Assembly (NCBI GenBank): GCA_951406725.2
Contig: OX597835.1
Coordinates: 25,544,001 to 25,608,000 of the forward strand
Length of the DNA: 64,000 nt
From: Octopus vulgaris
Taxonomy: Eukaryota
Reading direction: 5' to 3'
The notes below the pieces were generated by a model. It saw nothing but the letters and a program-made list of their open reading frames with translations, ran no database searches and was not told the DNA's origin. The translations under genes were made by a program, and so were the position numbers. Below, piece by piece: positions 1-13,000 of the stretch; the stretch's first letter is position 1; the number at the start of each line of letters is the position of its first letter.

Positions 1-214
1 AGTAGAAGACATTTGACTAAGGTGCTGTGCAGTGGGATTGAGCCATATGTGTACACCTGCACCTGTCACACCCACACCTGTCACACCCACACCTGCTGCA
101 TCTATCACAGTCACACCTGTCACTCTTACTAATTAATCATTACATTTGCAATATGGGTTTCTGAATTTAATAATGAATAAAATTAGTCATCCTCATAAAT
201 TCTTACAAATGTGC

Positions 215-1110
215 TGGTAACATGCAAAAAGCACCTGTACCAGTGACATGCAAAAGGTACCCAAGCTAGTGACATCTAAAAGGTACCCAAACCATTGACA
301 TGTAAAAGGCATTCGTGCTGGTGACATGCGAAAAGCACCCAAGCTGGTGATACATAAAAGGTACCTCAGCCATTGACATATAAAAGGCGCATGTGCTGGT
401 GACATGTGAAAGGTACCCAAAACGGTGACATGTAAAAGGTACCCAAGTCAGTGACACATAAAAGGCACCTGAGTGTGTGACACATAAAAGGTACCTGTGC
501 TGGTGATACGTAAAAGGTACCTGGGCCATTGACATATAAAAGGCACCTGTGCTGGTGACATGTGAAAGGTACCCAAGACAGTGACATGTAAAAGGTACCC
601 AGGTCAGTGACATATAAAAGGCACCTGAGCGTGTGACACATAAAAGGTACCTGTGCTGGTGACAAGTAAAAGGTACCTGAGCCATTGACACGTAAAAGGC
701 ACCTGTGCTGGTGACATGCGAAAGGTACACAGGCCAGTGACGTGTAAAAGGTACCCAGGTCAGTGACATATAAAAGGCACCTGAGCGTGTGACACATAAA
801 AGGTACCTGTGCTGGTGACAAGTAAAAGGTACCTGAGCCATTGACACGTAAAAGGCACCTGTGCTGGTGACATGTGAAAGGTACCCAAGACAGTGACATG
901 TAAAAGGTACCCAGGTCAGTGACATATAAAAGGCACCTGAGCGTGTGACACATAAAAGGTACCTGTGCTGGTGACAAGTAAAAGGTACCTGAGCCATTGA
1001 CACGTAAAAGGCACCTGTGCTGGTGACATGCGAAAGGTACACAGGCCAGTGACGTGTAAAAGGTACCTGTGCCAGTCAAACATGTAAAAGGCACTCGTGC
1101 CAGTGACACA
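215..1110. repeat. Minisatellite, 26-bp unit with 156-bp and 312-bp higher-order structure
   Basis: Unit ~GTGACAYRTAAAAGGYACCNNNNNNN. GCACCTGAG recurs at 465, 621, 777 and 933 (156-bp period). Variants TGTGAA/TGCGAA alternate at 561/717/873/1029. Confidence 0.9.
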
Positions 1111-1117
1111 TAGAGAA

Positions 1118-1294
1118 CACTTGGTACACTCTATGGAGTGGTTGGCATTAGGAAGGGCATCCAGATGCAGAAACCAACTCAAAGCAGACTAGAGCCTGGT
1201 GCAGCCCTCCAGTTTACCAGTTCCAATCAAGCTGTCTAACCCATGCCAGTATGGAAAACAAATGCTAAATGATGATGATGATGATGATGATGAT
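1118..1294 (+). mobile_element. 3' tail of RTE-clade LINE (family 3), ends in (GAT)n
   Basis: GAGTGGTTGGCATTAGGAAGGGCATCCAG...CCATGCCAGTATGGAAAAC...(GAT)n. The same tail follows an RTE ORF2 C-terminus at 36388-37183. Confidence 0.75.
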
Positions 1295-1421
1295 GTGTTA
1301 GACCTCATAGACAATACATCTGTTACAATCAGAAGGTCTCTGGAAACACAGTTAATTAATTAAAACCCCTTAAAATCTGTATACTCTTTCATATAGTAAG
1401 GAAGTTACGTTGCATTCAGAG

Positions 1422-1729
1422 TGGAGGCGCAATGGCCCAGTGGTTAGGGCAGCGGACTCGCGGTCGTAGAATCGCGGTTTCGATTCCCAGACTGGGCGTT
1501 GTGAGTGTTTATTGAGCGAAAACACCTTAAGCTCTACGAGGCTCTGGCAGGGATGGTGGTGATCCCTGCTGTACACTTTCACCACAACTTTCTCTCACTC
1601 TTTCTTCCTGTTTCTGTTGTACCTGTATTTCAAAGGGCCAGCCTTGTCACTCTCTGTGTCGCGCTGAATATCCCCGAGAACTGCGTTAAGGGCACACGTG
1701 TCTGTGGAGTGCTCAGCCACTTACACGTT
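1422..1729 (+). mobile_element. tRNA-derived SINE (tRNA-Arg-like head)
   Basis: Pol III A box TGGCCCAGTGG and B box GGTTTCGATTCC. Head and body shared with 10812-11118 (-); tail shared with 5380-5665 (-). Confidence 0.8.
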
Positions 1730-2053
1730 CCGACGGAGTGCTTCTAAGGTTGCATTCAGAAAAATTTGTCTTGTGAAGCATGGACTGTTTCTGATGGCCT
1801 GAGTGTTTTCTGTAGGTCGTTTGCTACCTGAAGATTTTGTAGTGTGTACCACTACAGAATTAGTGTTATTGTAGTATGTCTCCATTGTTTTGGGCCCTTG
1901 ACAAACATCTGTAGTCGAAGCTTGATTGTTGATACTTGGCTGCCATATGTTTCCGATTATTCTCTGTAATCTGTGATAGAAAAGAAAAAAAAATAGCAAA
2001 AACATCTGACTGAATGAGTGTATTGTGGTCCTGTTGCGATTACTGATATCATT

Positions 2054-2848
2054 AGAGATAGACAGATAGATTGAGGGAGAGTGTGGGGGGGGGGAGAGAA
2101 AGAGAAGAGAAGGAATGGGGGAGAAAGAGAAGGAGAGAGAGAAAGAGAGGAGAGGGAGTGGGGGAGAAGAGGAGAGAGAGAAAGAGAAGAGAGAGAGAGA
2201 AAGAGAAGAGAGGGAGTGGGGGAGAAAGACAAAGAGAGGGAGAGAAAGAGAAAGAGAAGAGAGGGAGTGGGAGAGAAAGGCAAAGAGAGGAGGAGAGAAG
2301 GAGAAGGCAAGAGTAATAGATTGTTAGAGAGATTGAGAGAGAAAAAGTGAAAGATAGATTAATAGAGAGAGAGTGAGAGAGTAATGATTGAGAGGGAGAG
2401 AGGGTGAGAGAGAGAAGGTGTGGGGAAGAAAAAGATAATTGGGAGAGAGAGAAAGAGAAGGAAAGAAGGAGAGGGAGAGAGTGGTAGATTGGTAAAGGGA
2501 AAGAGAGAGATTGATAGAGAGAGAGAGATTGAGAGAGAAAGAGTGATAGATTGATAAATTGATAGAGAGAGATTAATAGAGAGAGATGATTGGGAGAGAG
2601 GGGAGAGGGACAGAGAGAGAGAGAAGGAATGAGGGAGAGGGAGAGAGTGATAGATTGGTAGAAAAAGGAAGAGATTGATAGAGAGAGATAATGAAAGAGA
2701 GTTAAATTGATAAAGAGAGAGAATGGGATTAAGATATATATATATATAGATAAGGAGAGAGATAGACTTCGAGTGAGAGATAGATAGATTGATAGCGATA
2801 GATTAATTGAATGAGAGAAAGAGATAGATTGAGAGAGAGAGAGAGAGT
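2054..2848. repeat. GA-rich low-complexity / degenerate (GA)n, (GATA)n tract
   Basis: Purine-rich simple repeats; explains the Ser/Leu and Arg/Glu ORFs here. Confidence 0.9.
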
Positions 2849-4312
2849 GGTGTGGGTTGGAAGGCCATTGTTGGAGGGCTAAGCAAGAACTCCTAAGTGA
2901 CACACTCATATGAGACATCTGTACATAGATAGACATGTGTCAAGTCATCCAGCAAAAATTTTTATTAGTTCTGTTTGGACACTAAGACGGTTTCAAATCA
3001 ATATATAAAAAAAAACAAAATAAAACAATAAGCAGAATTTAAAAAAGACTGAAAAAACCACAATAAATAAGGAAGGTGACTATACAACTTTAAGCTAGTA
3101 GTTCCCAACCAAGGTCCACATGGCCCTTTGTGGGTCCACATAAGATTTTGTTATTAAAGTTTATTGGCAATAAATTAACTATAATTTTAAAATACACAAA
3201 ATATTTTAGTAATTTTTTTATATACAATTTCTAATAATTATTTCTACTCTAGGTACAAAGCCTTGAAAATTTTTGGGGAAGGGGCGAGTTGAATATATTG
3301 GCCCCAGTGCATAACTGGTACTTATTTCATCGACCCCGAAAGGATGAAAGGCAAAGTTGACCTGGGTGGAATTTGAACTCAGAATGTAGTGGTAAATGAA
3401 ATACTGCTAAGCATTTTGCCTGGTGTGCTAACGATTCTACCAGCTGGCCACCTTATATACAGTTTCTAATAATGTCTAATGATAAAATATAATAGGATTT
3501 TATTTTTGTTTTTTTACATGGCGGTGGCGGGGTCTAGTAGGGTTGGATGGGTTGACAAGAGCTGGCCAGCTGGGGAACTGCCCAGTCTCTAATGATCTGT
3601 CCTGGTATGGTTTCTACAGCTGGATACCCTTCTTGATGCCAACCACTTCACAGTGTACTGGGTACTTCTATGTGGCACTAGCATGGCTCTTTTATGTGGT
3701 ACTAGGGTAATTTGACAGGGCACTGGCGTGGGTGCTTTTATGTAGCACCAACACAAATAAATTTTACTTGACACCAGCACCGGCAAGCCCTCAAAAGAAG
3801 GGCCTCTAGGCCGAGAGAGAGAGACGTAGAGGACATACCTATATGCATGGATGGCCATAGTTTTGCTTAGTTTGATTTATCTTCCCAAGTAAACTTCACA
3901 GCAAACTGCCAGAAGTCTCGGTTCCTTGTCATCTCCTTTGTGAGGTCCAACATCTGAAGATACCGTCTCATTACTATTTTAAATATTGAATCCTTATTTG
4001 TACAATAAATAAGTTCATTATTCTAGTAACTTTTCAACAAATTCATACAACTATACTGGTGGTGCCCCAGCATGGCCACAACCTAAGGCTGAAACATATA
4101 AAAGAATAAAAGAATCTAAAGTGTACTTACTGCCTTTATTAGATATCTTATAAACATCTAAACTCTGAACTTCTTTGTAGTCAGGTGATTTAACACTATG
4201 TTTCCATTATCTCTCATTCGTTTTATCTTCTCCCACCTTCTACTTAGTCTAATCTTTTCCTCCCATATATACATTGCATTGACCAACACACTACACAGCT
4301 AGAGATTGTTAA

Positions 4313-4535
4313 CCTTTTTGATACCAACCTGGCTGAAACCTGCCTCTGGCTCTGTAGCACAAATGTCTTGTTTTCATGAGTTTTGAATTAAAATCTTCCA
4401 CCAAACCTTAGTCACAATTTATGTTCCTAACACTAGCTGAATGATAACTAAGCTATTTTACTAAATTCTTTGTTATATTTAAAACTAATTGAAAGAAACA
4501 CAGAGCATTTTAACAGCAATATTGTAACAAAAGGG
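4313..4535. mobile_element. piggyBac-like MITE
   Basis: TTAA on both sides (4309-4312, 4536-4539); termini CCTTTTTG...CAAAAGGG; no coding capacity. Confidence 0.7.
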
Positions 4536-4566
4536 TTAAAATATATGATAGAGAAACAATTCTTAA

Positions 4567-5187
4567 CCCTTTTGATACCAACTTGGCTGAAACTGCCTCT
4601 GGCTCTGTAGTACAAATGCCTTGTTTTTATAAGTTTTGAATTAAAATCTTCCACCAAACCTTAGTCACAATTTATGTTCCTAACACTAGCTTAATGATAA
4701 CTAAGTTATTTTACTAAATTCTTTGTTATATTTAAAATTAATTGAAAGAAATATAGTCACAGGAGTGGCTGTGTGGTAAGTAGCTTGCTTACCAACCACA
4801 TGGTTCTGGGTTCAGTCCCACTGCGTGGCACCTTTGGCAAGTGTCTTTTACTATAGCCTCAGGCTGACCAAAGCCTTGTGAATTTGGTAGACGGAAACTG
4901 AAAGAAGCCTGTCATATATATGTATATATATATGTATGTGTGTGTCTGTGTTTGTCCCCACCCAACATTGCTTGACAACTGATGCTGGTGTCTTTATGTC
5001 TCCGTAACTTAGCAGTTTGAGAAAAGAGACTGATAGAATAAGTACTAGGCTTATAAAGAATATGTCCTGGGGTCAATTTGCTCGACTAAAGGCAGTGCTC
5101 CAGCATGGCCACATGACTGAAACAAATAAAAGAGAAGAGAGGAAGAGAGAAAGAGAGCATCTCAAAATAAATACAATAACGAAAGGG
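4567..5187. mobile_element. piggyBac-like MITE, second copy, with family-1 SINE inserted (~4755-5153)
   Basis: TTAA|CCCTTTTG ... GAAAGGG|TTAA; near-identical to 4313-4535 on either side of the SINE. A partial third copy is at ~59130-59285 (-). Confidence 0.7.
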
Positions 5188-5379
5188 TTAAGCATATTTT
5201 ATCTTGTACCTTATCTCTCACTCTGAAGCTCTAGGCCCCTCACCACATTATGACCCCTCTGGCTAATTAAATTAAATAATAATTGTAATTAATTGCTCCC
5301 TATACTGCTGCAATTCTATACATGGACTCCTTCTGACTCCCCTGTCTGTTATGATGATGGGCGTACCTGTTGATTCGAT

Positions 5380-5665
5380 TAACCGAACAGCCTGCCCATG
5401 AAATTAATGTGCAAGTGGCTGAGCACTGTAAAGACATGTGTACCCTCAATGTAGTTCTCAGGTAGATCCATCATGGCACGGAGTTTAACAAGGCTGGCCC
5501 TTTGAAATAAATACAGGTACAACTTATTTTTTACCTGCTGAGTGGACAGGAGCAACGAGAAATAAAATGTCTTTTTCAGTAACACAACCTGCTGCCAAGA
5601 GTTGAACTCACAACCTTATGATCGTGAGCCAAATACCCTAGTCACTAAGCCACATACCTTCACTC
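5380..5665 (-). mobile_element. tRNA-derived SINE, diverged
   Basis: Minus-strand A box TGGCTTAGTGA and B box GAGTTCAACTC; tail similar to 1620-1729. Confidence 0.6.
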
Positions 5666-5696
5666 CTTGTTTCTCTCCTTGTTTTTTTCTGTGTCC

Positions 5697-5732
5697 CTTT
5701 CTGTAGAAGAGCGTAGGCTCGAAACGTAAAAG
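5697..5732 (+). ncRNA. Minimal hammerhead-ribozyme-like motif, family B (variant core CUGUAGA)
   Basis: CTTT-CTGTAGA-A-GAGC-gtag-GCTC-GAAA-CG-TA-AAAG. Homologous copies at 22287-22322 and 26765-26800. Confidence 0.5.
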
Positions 5733-6499
5733 ACTTTTTCTATTCCTGAGCGTTATACTAATACAACTGTTTGTTTTGTACACCACTTGTCTTCATCTTT
5801 TGTTTTTTTTGTAAACTCTCCCTATATATATATAATAATAATTATTATAAATATATAATAATTGGATTTTTACCACATCTGTAGTTCTGCTCATTATGAA
5901 ACATACGTAGCCTGGATCTTACCTACTCGGTTCTGTAACTTTTGTATTCTTATTTACACACCTGGCAACCCTGGTTGCCCACCACGAAACATAAAAAGAA
6001 CTCTTTTCAGCTTATCGTACTTCGATATGAAAACAAAATCCACAACCTTCTGACTCAATAAACCACTATTGTCCCTGGAAGTTGTTTTTTTTTTATATTT
6101 AATACAGATTGCTCGAAGCTAACTTTCTTCCTTGATCCTTTGCTCTTATACCCATATATATATATATATATATATACGAACGTTCCTCAGCTGATCTTTT
6201 AGTGACCTCTCGTGATCTAAACCACTGTAACATTCAATTCAACCTTGATGTTTTGTCAATGTTTAAATACATAAATGTTGTGATTTTACCTGATACAAGC
6301 TGTTTACCTGTTTCTACCTTGATTCTTTTATTGCAACACAGACTTATAGCCAATTGTTATGATGTGGCTATGACATTTTTTAGTTGCAATTCAAGTGTTG
6401 GAGATTTGGTAGGAAGTCAGCCTGAACATTAATTGTATGGATCAATGTATACATACATAGTTATATATACATATACATACATACATATATATATATATA

Positions 6500-7060
6500 T
6501 CATCATCATCATCATCATCGTTTAACATCCGCTTTCCATGCAAACATGGGTTGGACGATTTTGACTGAGGGCTGGCGAACCAGATGGCTGCACCAGGCTC
6601 CAATCTTGATTTGGCAGAGTTTCTACAGCTGGATGCCCTTCCTAACGCCAACCACTCCGAGAATGTAGTGGGTGCTTTTTACGCACCACCGGCACGGGGG
6701 CCAGTCAGGCGGTATTGGCAACGACCTCGCTCAAATCTTTTTACACATGCCACCAGCACAGGTTCCAGTAAGGCGATGTTGGTAACGATCACGCTCGAAT
6801 GGTGCCCTTTTACATGCCACTGGCACGGAAGCCAGTTAGCTGCTCTGGCAATGATGCTGTTCGGATGGTGCTCTTGGGACCCTACTAGCACAGGCACAAG
6901 TGCCAGTAAGGTGACGCTAGTGACGATCACACTCAAATGGTGCCTTTTATGTGCCACTTGCATGGAAGCCGGTTAGCCGCTCTGTCAACGATCATGCTCG
7001 TATGGTGCTCTTTGCACCCCGCTAGTACGGATGCCAGTCATCGAATGTGATTTTGATTTT
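6500..7060 (-). mobile_element. RTE 3'UTR/tail (family 3) with internal ~60-bp repeats
   Basis: (CAT)n then CGTTTAACATCCGCTTTCCATG...GGATGCCCTTCCTAACGCCAACCACTCC, plus repeated TTTTAYRTGCCAC units. Confidence 0.75.
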
Positions 7061-7429
7061 GATTTATATATATATATATTATATGTGTGTATAAAAATTA
7101 TGCATAAAGGGAAAGCCACTATGTGGGTTTCCATCATGCTAGAAATGGGAGTTAAATCCCAAACCACGAAAAGCTATTCTTATTTTAGCACTTTGAAAAT
7201 GTTGGCGGGCAGGACAGTTTCCAAGAATTTGAAAATGAGTAGTCATTCCTGTTCTTCCAAGTTTTACCCTTAATGATCAAATACATTAATTAATTAATTG
7301 AGCAATCAAAGCATCAAACCATCTATGGCTCATCAGTGAGAATCGCTATTGACATATAAATATAAAAACTTGAATACATACTGCATCAAACAAGACACAT
7401 TGCACAAAATGTTTTCAACTTTATATATC

Positions 7430-7870
7430 GTGCTGGTGGCACGTAAAAAACACCATCTGTACGTGGTCGATGCCAGTGCCGCCTTGACTGGCTTCTGTGC
7501 CGGTGGTACGTAAAAGGCACCAACCATTCATGGCTGTTGCCAGCCTACCCTGGCACCTGAGCTGGTGGGACCTAAAAAGCACCATCCGTACGTGGCTGAT
7601 GCCAGCACCGCCTTGACTGGCTTCCATGCCAGTGGCACATAAAAAGCACCAACCGATCGTGGGCCTTGCTAGCCTCCCTTGGCACTTGTGCCGGAGGCAC
7701 GTAAAAAGCACCCACTACACTCACGGAGTGGTTGGCATTAGGAAAGGCATCCAGCTGTAGAAACACTGCCAGATAAGACTGGAGCCTGGTGCAGCCTCCA
7801 GGCATCCCAGACCCCGGCCGAACTGTCCAACCCATGCTAGCATGGAGAACGGACGTTAAATGATGATGAT
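7430..7870 (+). mobile_element. RTE 3'UTR/tail (family 3), five repeat units
   Basis: Five GTGGCACGTAAAAAGCACC-like units followed by the conserved tail and (GAT)n. Further copies at ~8115-8530(-), 8827-9013(+), 11783-11940(+), 22702-22965(-), 31815-32320(-), 33294-33530(-), 37548-37860(-), 60606-60877(-) and 62300-62515(+). Confidence 0.75.
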
Positions 7871-9297
7871 GGATGATATCGAGGAATTCAATTCAAATGC
7901 CCCACAAAAACAACAGGCCAAATCCAGAGTAAAAGCAAAAGTGAATTAACATTCAGCTGTGGATTTACCCGACTCTTAGAATTAAAATATTAAAAAATTT
8001 TAAATATAGTGTAAAAGTTAAATATTAATTTTTTTACCAGTGGCTTTCCCTTTCTGTATAATTTTTATACACACATATGATATAATAATATTTGCAGTCT
8101 ACAGACATTTACATCGTTTTCCATGCTAGTATGGGTTGGATGGTTTGACTGTGATCTGGGAAGCCAGAAGGCTGCACCAGGCTCCAGTCTGATCTGGCAG
8201 TGTTTCTACAGCTGGATGCCCTTCCTAACGCTAACCACTCCATGAGTGTAGTGGGTGCTTTTTACGTGCCACTGGCACAGGGGCCAGAGGAGGCTGGCAA
8301 CAGCCACGATCGGTTGGTGCTTTTTATGTACCACCAGTACGGACGCCAGTCAAGGCAGTGCTGGCATCTGCCACATTCAGATGGTGCTTTTTACGTGCCA
8401 ACGGCACAGGTATCACAACTACAATTTTCCATTTGATTTTCATTTTGATGTTGATGTACTTGACTCAATAGGTCTCCTCGAGCACAGCAGGTCACCCTAT
8501 GATCCAAGGTAAGCACAGCAGGCTATCCTGCGAGCCATGAGATATCATTGTTATTTTCATTTTTGCATAATTTCGACAAGTTTCTTCACCGCACCCTGTA
8601 TGTATATGAAGTGATATTAAAAAGTCTCTGGACTAATTCTGTAGCATGCTAACAGATGGCAGCACATGTTTGCATGTTCAGTGAGAGCTAGCTGTGGCCT
8701 TCATGAGGCGGTGTGTCAAGTGACATTGCTGTTTACTTTACAAGTTGTGAAATTTGTGTATTTGTGATCACATGTATGTTGTAGTCTGCGATTTTTGTCA
8801 TGGACAGAAACAATATATGTATATACGTGCCAGTGGCACGTAAAAAGCACCCACTACATTCGCGAAGTGGTTGGCGTTAATAAGGGCATCCAGCTGTAGA
8901 AACTCTGCCAGATCAGACTGGAGCCTGGTGCAGCCCCTGGCTTCCCAGACCCTGGTCGAACCGTCCAACCTGTGCTAGCGCGGAAAACGGACGTTAAACG
9001 ATGATGATGATGATATATATACATATATATGTATATATGTATATATAGCTACTTCTGCTATTTCGGCCACTGGTCATTTCCCCAACTTTAGTCAACACAC
9101 AAGACAGCTATTATGCTCTCCCCAACAAAAAACCACCACGTGGATTCTGTTGAGACTAGTAAGAAACAATTATGAACTTTTTTATTACACTTGATTTTTA
9201 AAAATATTTTTGATAAGGTTCGTTTTTTTCAAGAACCGAAACATGTAAAATTTCTAAGAAAATTAAAATTTATCTTATATAGTAGTGTTTTCAAACT

Positions 9298-9347
<50 letters not shown>

Positions 9348-9529
9348 GATGATGATGATGATGATATATATATATATGTATGTATGTATATGTATACATA
9401 TATATATGTATATATATGTACAATTCAAAATAGGATAAATTCTTTATAAGAATTTATCAAGTAGTCAGTGTGTAAATCTCATATGGGAAAAATTTATAAT
9501 TATTCCCTTTAAATATATTTATTTATATT

Positions 9530-9669
9530 AAGGGTATTACTACATGTAAGTACCTCACACTATTAGAAACTCTTAAAGTCAAAACTGCCATGATAAATAG
9601 ATTTATTATGGTAGTTCTGACTTTAAGAGTTCCTAATAGCATGAGGTATTTACCTGTAGTAATGCCCTT
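9530..9669. repeat. Fold-back inverted repeat (~70-bp arms) in an AT-rich TA-flanked element
   Basis: AAGGGTATTACTAC...GATAAAT pairs with ATTTATT...GTAGTAATGCCCTT. A related element is at ~44690-44970. Confidence 0.8.
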
Positions 9670-10811
9670 TCTTGTATTTGCTGCAATATTTGCAGCTTTT
9701 AATAAAGCTGTTCTTCGTATGAAACAATTGTACTGAAAAACTAATCCATTCTTGTTGCTTTTTTCTTGTTTATAATCACCCCACATTACTTTATGGTTAA
9801 TACCATATAGATTTCTGGTGCATCTAAGTTAAGTACCGCATTCATGTGAATTAATTGGAACTCACTTGAATCTTAATTGCTTTTACTGAGAATATATATA
9901 TAGATATATATGTGTATATATATAGGGGTAAAATATGAAAAATCAACGAAAATGCATATTGCAAATAGAAAATGGCTATTTATGACAGGTAGTGACAAAT
10001 ATATACATTTAGATTGACTGAGGTAGTAATACGAGTCATTATTATGAGATGATTATAAGATGATAATAAAGTAAGAGAACAAAACGAACCAATGGTTTAT
10101 GCGAAGGCTCCATTCCCCCAACCTTCACCCACTCACAATCCCCCCCCCCCATACATACCTCTCACGTTCAACTCTCTCTCTCTTTCTCTCTCTCTCTCTC
10201 ACCCCTACCATCTTGTGCTGCTCATGACTTTCATTATTTTCTATAGGGTTTATTATGCCCGCTGCTTTGCTTTTCCCTTCCTGTACCTCCACTTATCACC
10301 ACCTCCTCCTTCTCAAGCGACTCCTTCTTCTTTCACCTTCACCCTGCTCCTCGTGCTGACATTTACCACCCACCACAACTCTGCCCTTGTTGTATTCGCT
10401 ACATTCACACATGCACGCACGGAAGTTTGATGCTTGGCTGTGTGAAAATCTGAGCAACAGCATGTGAAGCTTCTCACATTCAATAAAGCATTCACCCTCT
10501 CAGCATGCATGCATGTATATATGTATGTATGTATGTATTTATATATATATATGTAAAAAAATACAAACTGGGACAAGAACGCAAAACATTTAGAAGACGA
10601 TACAAAAAACACGGACGGGACATTCAAAGCCTTCAATCTTCAGTCAAGAACCGGATCATCCTCGCAATTTCGGCTGATTAATTTTGACTTGATTGCTCTG
10701 ATCTGGCCAGCCCCAAAGGAAAATCTAGGCCAAGCGCATTAGATTCCTTGGAAGAAAGCCTTGAATGTATACAAAACAAGGACGGAAAAACGGACGATGT
10801 TACACGAATTG

Positions 10812-11118
10812 TGACCACCGTGACTGAGCAGGCCCTCAGATGTTGCTGCACATCGCTGGTCACAATGCGCTTCGCATTGTTTTAGCCTTCAGATGACACC
10901 ACCCCCGCTGGCTAAGCAAGCAGGCCAACAGAAGAAAGAGTGAGAGAAAGTTGTGGCGAAAGAGTACAGCAGGGATCACCACCACCCCCTGCCAGAGCGT
11001 CGTGAAGCTTTAGGTGTTTTTGCTCAATAAACACTCACAACGCGTGGTCTGGAAATTGAAACCACGATCCTACGACCGCGAGTCCGCTGCCCTAACCACT
11101 AGGCCATTGTGCCTCCAT
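10812..11118 (-). mobile_element. tRNA-derived SINE with RTE-derived 3' tail
   Basis: Head GGAGGCACAATGGCCTAGTGGTTAGGGCAGCGGACTCG. The tail TGTGACCAGCGATGT...GTCACGGT matches the LINE 3' end at 28915-28972. Confidence 0.8.
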
Positions 11119-13000
11119 GTATGTATGTACTAGCTTTTAAACTGGCTCCTATGGAGGGCTCTTCATTGGGCCTTGAGCCCAATAATGACACTACCTGCAT
11201 TGAGTTCATATTATATTTTATTAAACTTGACCAATATTTTTCAAGCAATGAATAATTTTCATCGAAACAAATGTATAATTTGTCAACTTGGAACTTATTG
11301 CAAAGCTGCATGATAAACATCATCTTTTGTCTTCCCATTTGGGGGTCAGTACAATTTTTTTCTGTCTGACCTCTTTCTTTCTCTCTCTCTCTCTCTTTCT
11401 GTTCATTGTTTTCAATCATCACCATCACCAGTACCACCAGCATTGCCACCATAACTGCCATACACACACCATTCAGACTTCTGATGCCACCACCATCAAT
11501 AACTTTGACTTCCCTGCCTTCTCCACCACCACCATCACCACTGTCTTTCACATCACTTACTATCACCATCATCCCTGACTGACCACCACCACCATCATCA
11601 CCATCGCCTCCGCCTCTATCACAACTACAACTCATATTCTTACTATCATCCAATTACCGTCAAAACTACTACCGTCTCTATGCCTACTATTACTCTCACC
11701 CCATCATGAGGAAGAGTGGAAGTGTCATTGAATAGTGAGAGGGGGGGTTCAGTTGTGACACACTGATACACATAACAGACAGTAGGAAGGGCATCTGGCT
11801 GTAGAAACTCTGCCAGATCAGATTGGAGCCTGGTGCAGCCATCTAGTTCGTCAAACCTCAGTCAAACTGTCCAACCCATGCCAGCATGGAAAGTGGACAT
11901 TAAACGACGACGACGATGATGATAATGATGATGATGATGATATATATATATATACAAACTGTCATGTAACCAACATGGACTAAAAACTCCTTAAGATACT
12001 GTGAAACTGCAATATTTTCACCAAATTCCCAGTCATGATTAGCAATAAAAAATATACAAGTTGTGTGCATTTTCCTTCTTTTAATACATCTTTTTACTAC
12101 AACTTACCATGGGGGGGGGGGAATCTCTTCATCAAAACTTTTCACTATATATTTATATATATATATATATATACAACGGGGTTCTTTCAGTTTCCTTTTG
12201 TCAGATCCATTCAAAGAGCTTTTGTCAGGCAAGAGCTGTAGAAAAAAATGCACAATTGCCCAAGGTGCCACTCAACAGAACTGAACTGGAGACCCACATG
12301 GTTGAAAACCAAACTTCTTAACCACACAGCCATTCCTGTGCCTAAGCTTGATCATATAAATCTCTTTCTTTTTTATGTTTTCTTCTCTTTTACCACACTT
12401 GAACCTTACTGAAAAGGGGACAATAAAGTTGATTGATTTGCATACCAGGATATTTATAGTACATACTTATTAGCCAGGCAATAAACAATTAAAGGTTGGG
12501 AAAAATGAAGCAAATCCATAGATTTAGTGTAACATTTTCTCATGCCCCATTTCTAAACCCAGCACCTCTCAGGTGCTCTGTCATTATTTACAACTATAAC
12601 ACAATATTAAGACTAGGAGACACGCTCATGTGTGTGTGTGTGACATCATTGTAATATCCATGGATATTTAAATTATATTATAACCATCATATTATAGTCA
12701 CAAATTATAGTCACAAACAGTATGTGATTTGAGGAAATGTGCATAGCACTGCATTAAAATATTTATGAAAGTCCATCCTTGGATTATAATCATTTTTATT
12801 ACTATATATAATATAATATGATATAATGTAATATAATATATAATATATATATTTATATATATATATATAAAATATTAGAAAAGAACCACCTTTTATAAAT
12901 TCAAAATGAATAATCAAATTACACCATCTAGAAAATTACATATAATAGAAAAGTTAAAATTAAAATAACAGTAAAATATAAAGATTATATATATATATAT

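Noticed and set aside
50-125. Cluster of CACCTG E-boxes (also CAGGTG at ~27545-27572)
   Set aside because: Explained by a short tandem repeat or by chance; no independent support for enhancer function.
266-1109. 250-aa repetitive ORFs
   Set aside because: Open in several frames only because of the 26/156-bp satellite; no splice or domain support.
1422-1497. Possible tRNA-Arg gene
   Set aside because: It continues into a SINE body, the cloverleaf is imperfect and it is multi-copy; treated as a SINE head. The same applies to 41936 and 11045-11118.
4125-4200. Strong minus-strand donor GTAAGT with a short upstream open frame
   Set aside because: No convincing acceptor, and the phase does not give an open join to the 1970 segment.
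7430-7715. CRISPR-like repeat/spacer pattern (GTGGCACGTAAAAAGCACC every ~62 bp)
   Set aside because: The spacers are homologous to each other, the array is part of a LINE 3'UTR, the context is eukaryotic and there are no cas genes.
10615-10650. Minus-strand CTGAAGA...GAAT hammerhead-like motif (also ~42805-42835, 50268-50297, 34845-34872, 7310-7340)
   Set aside because: GAAA and/or stems I and III are missing; too degenerate to call.
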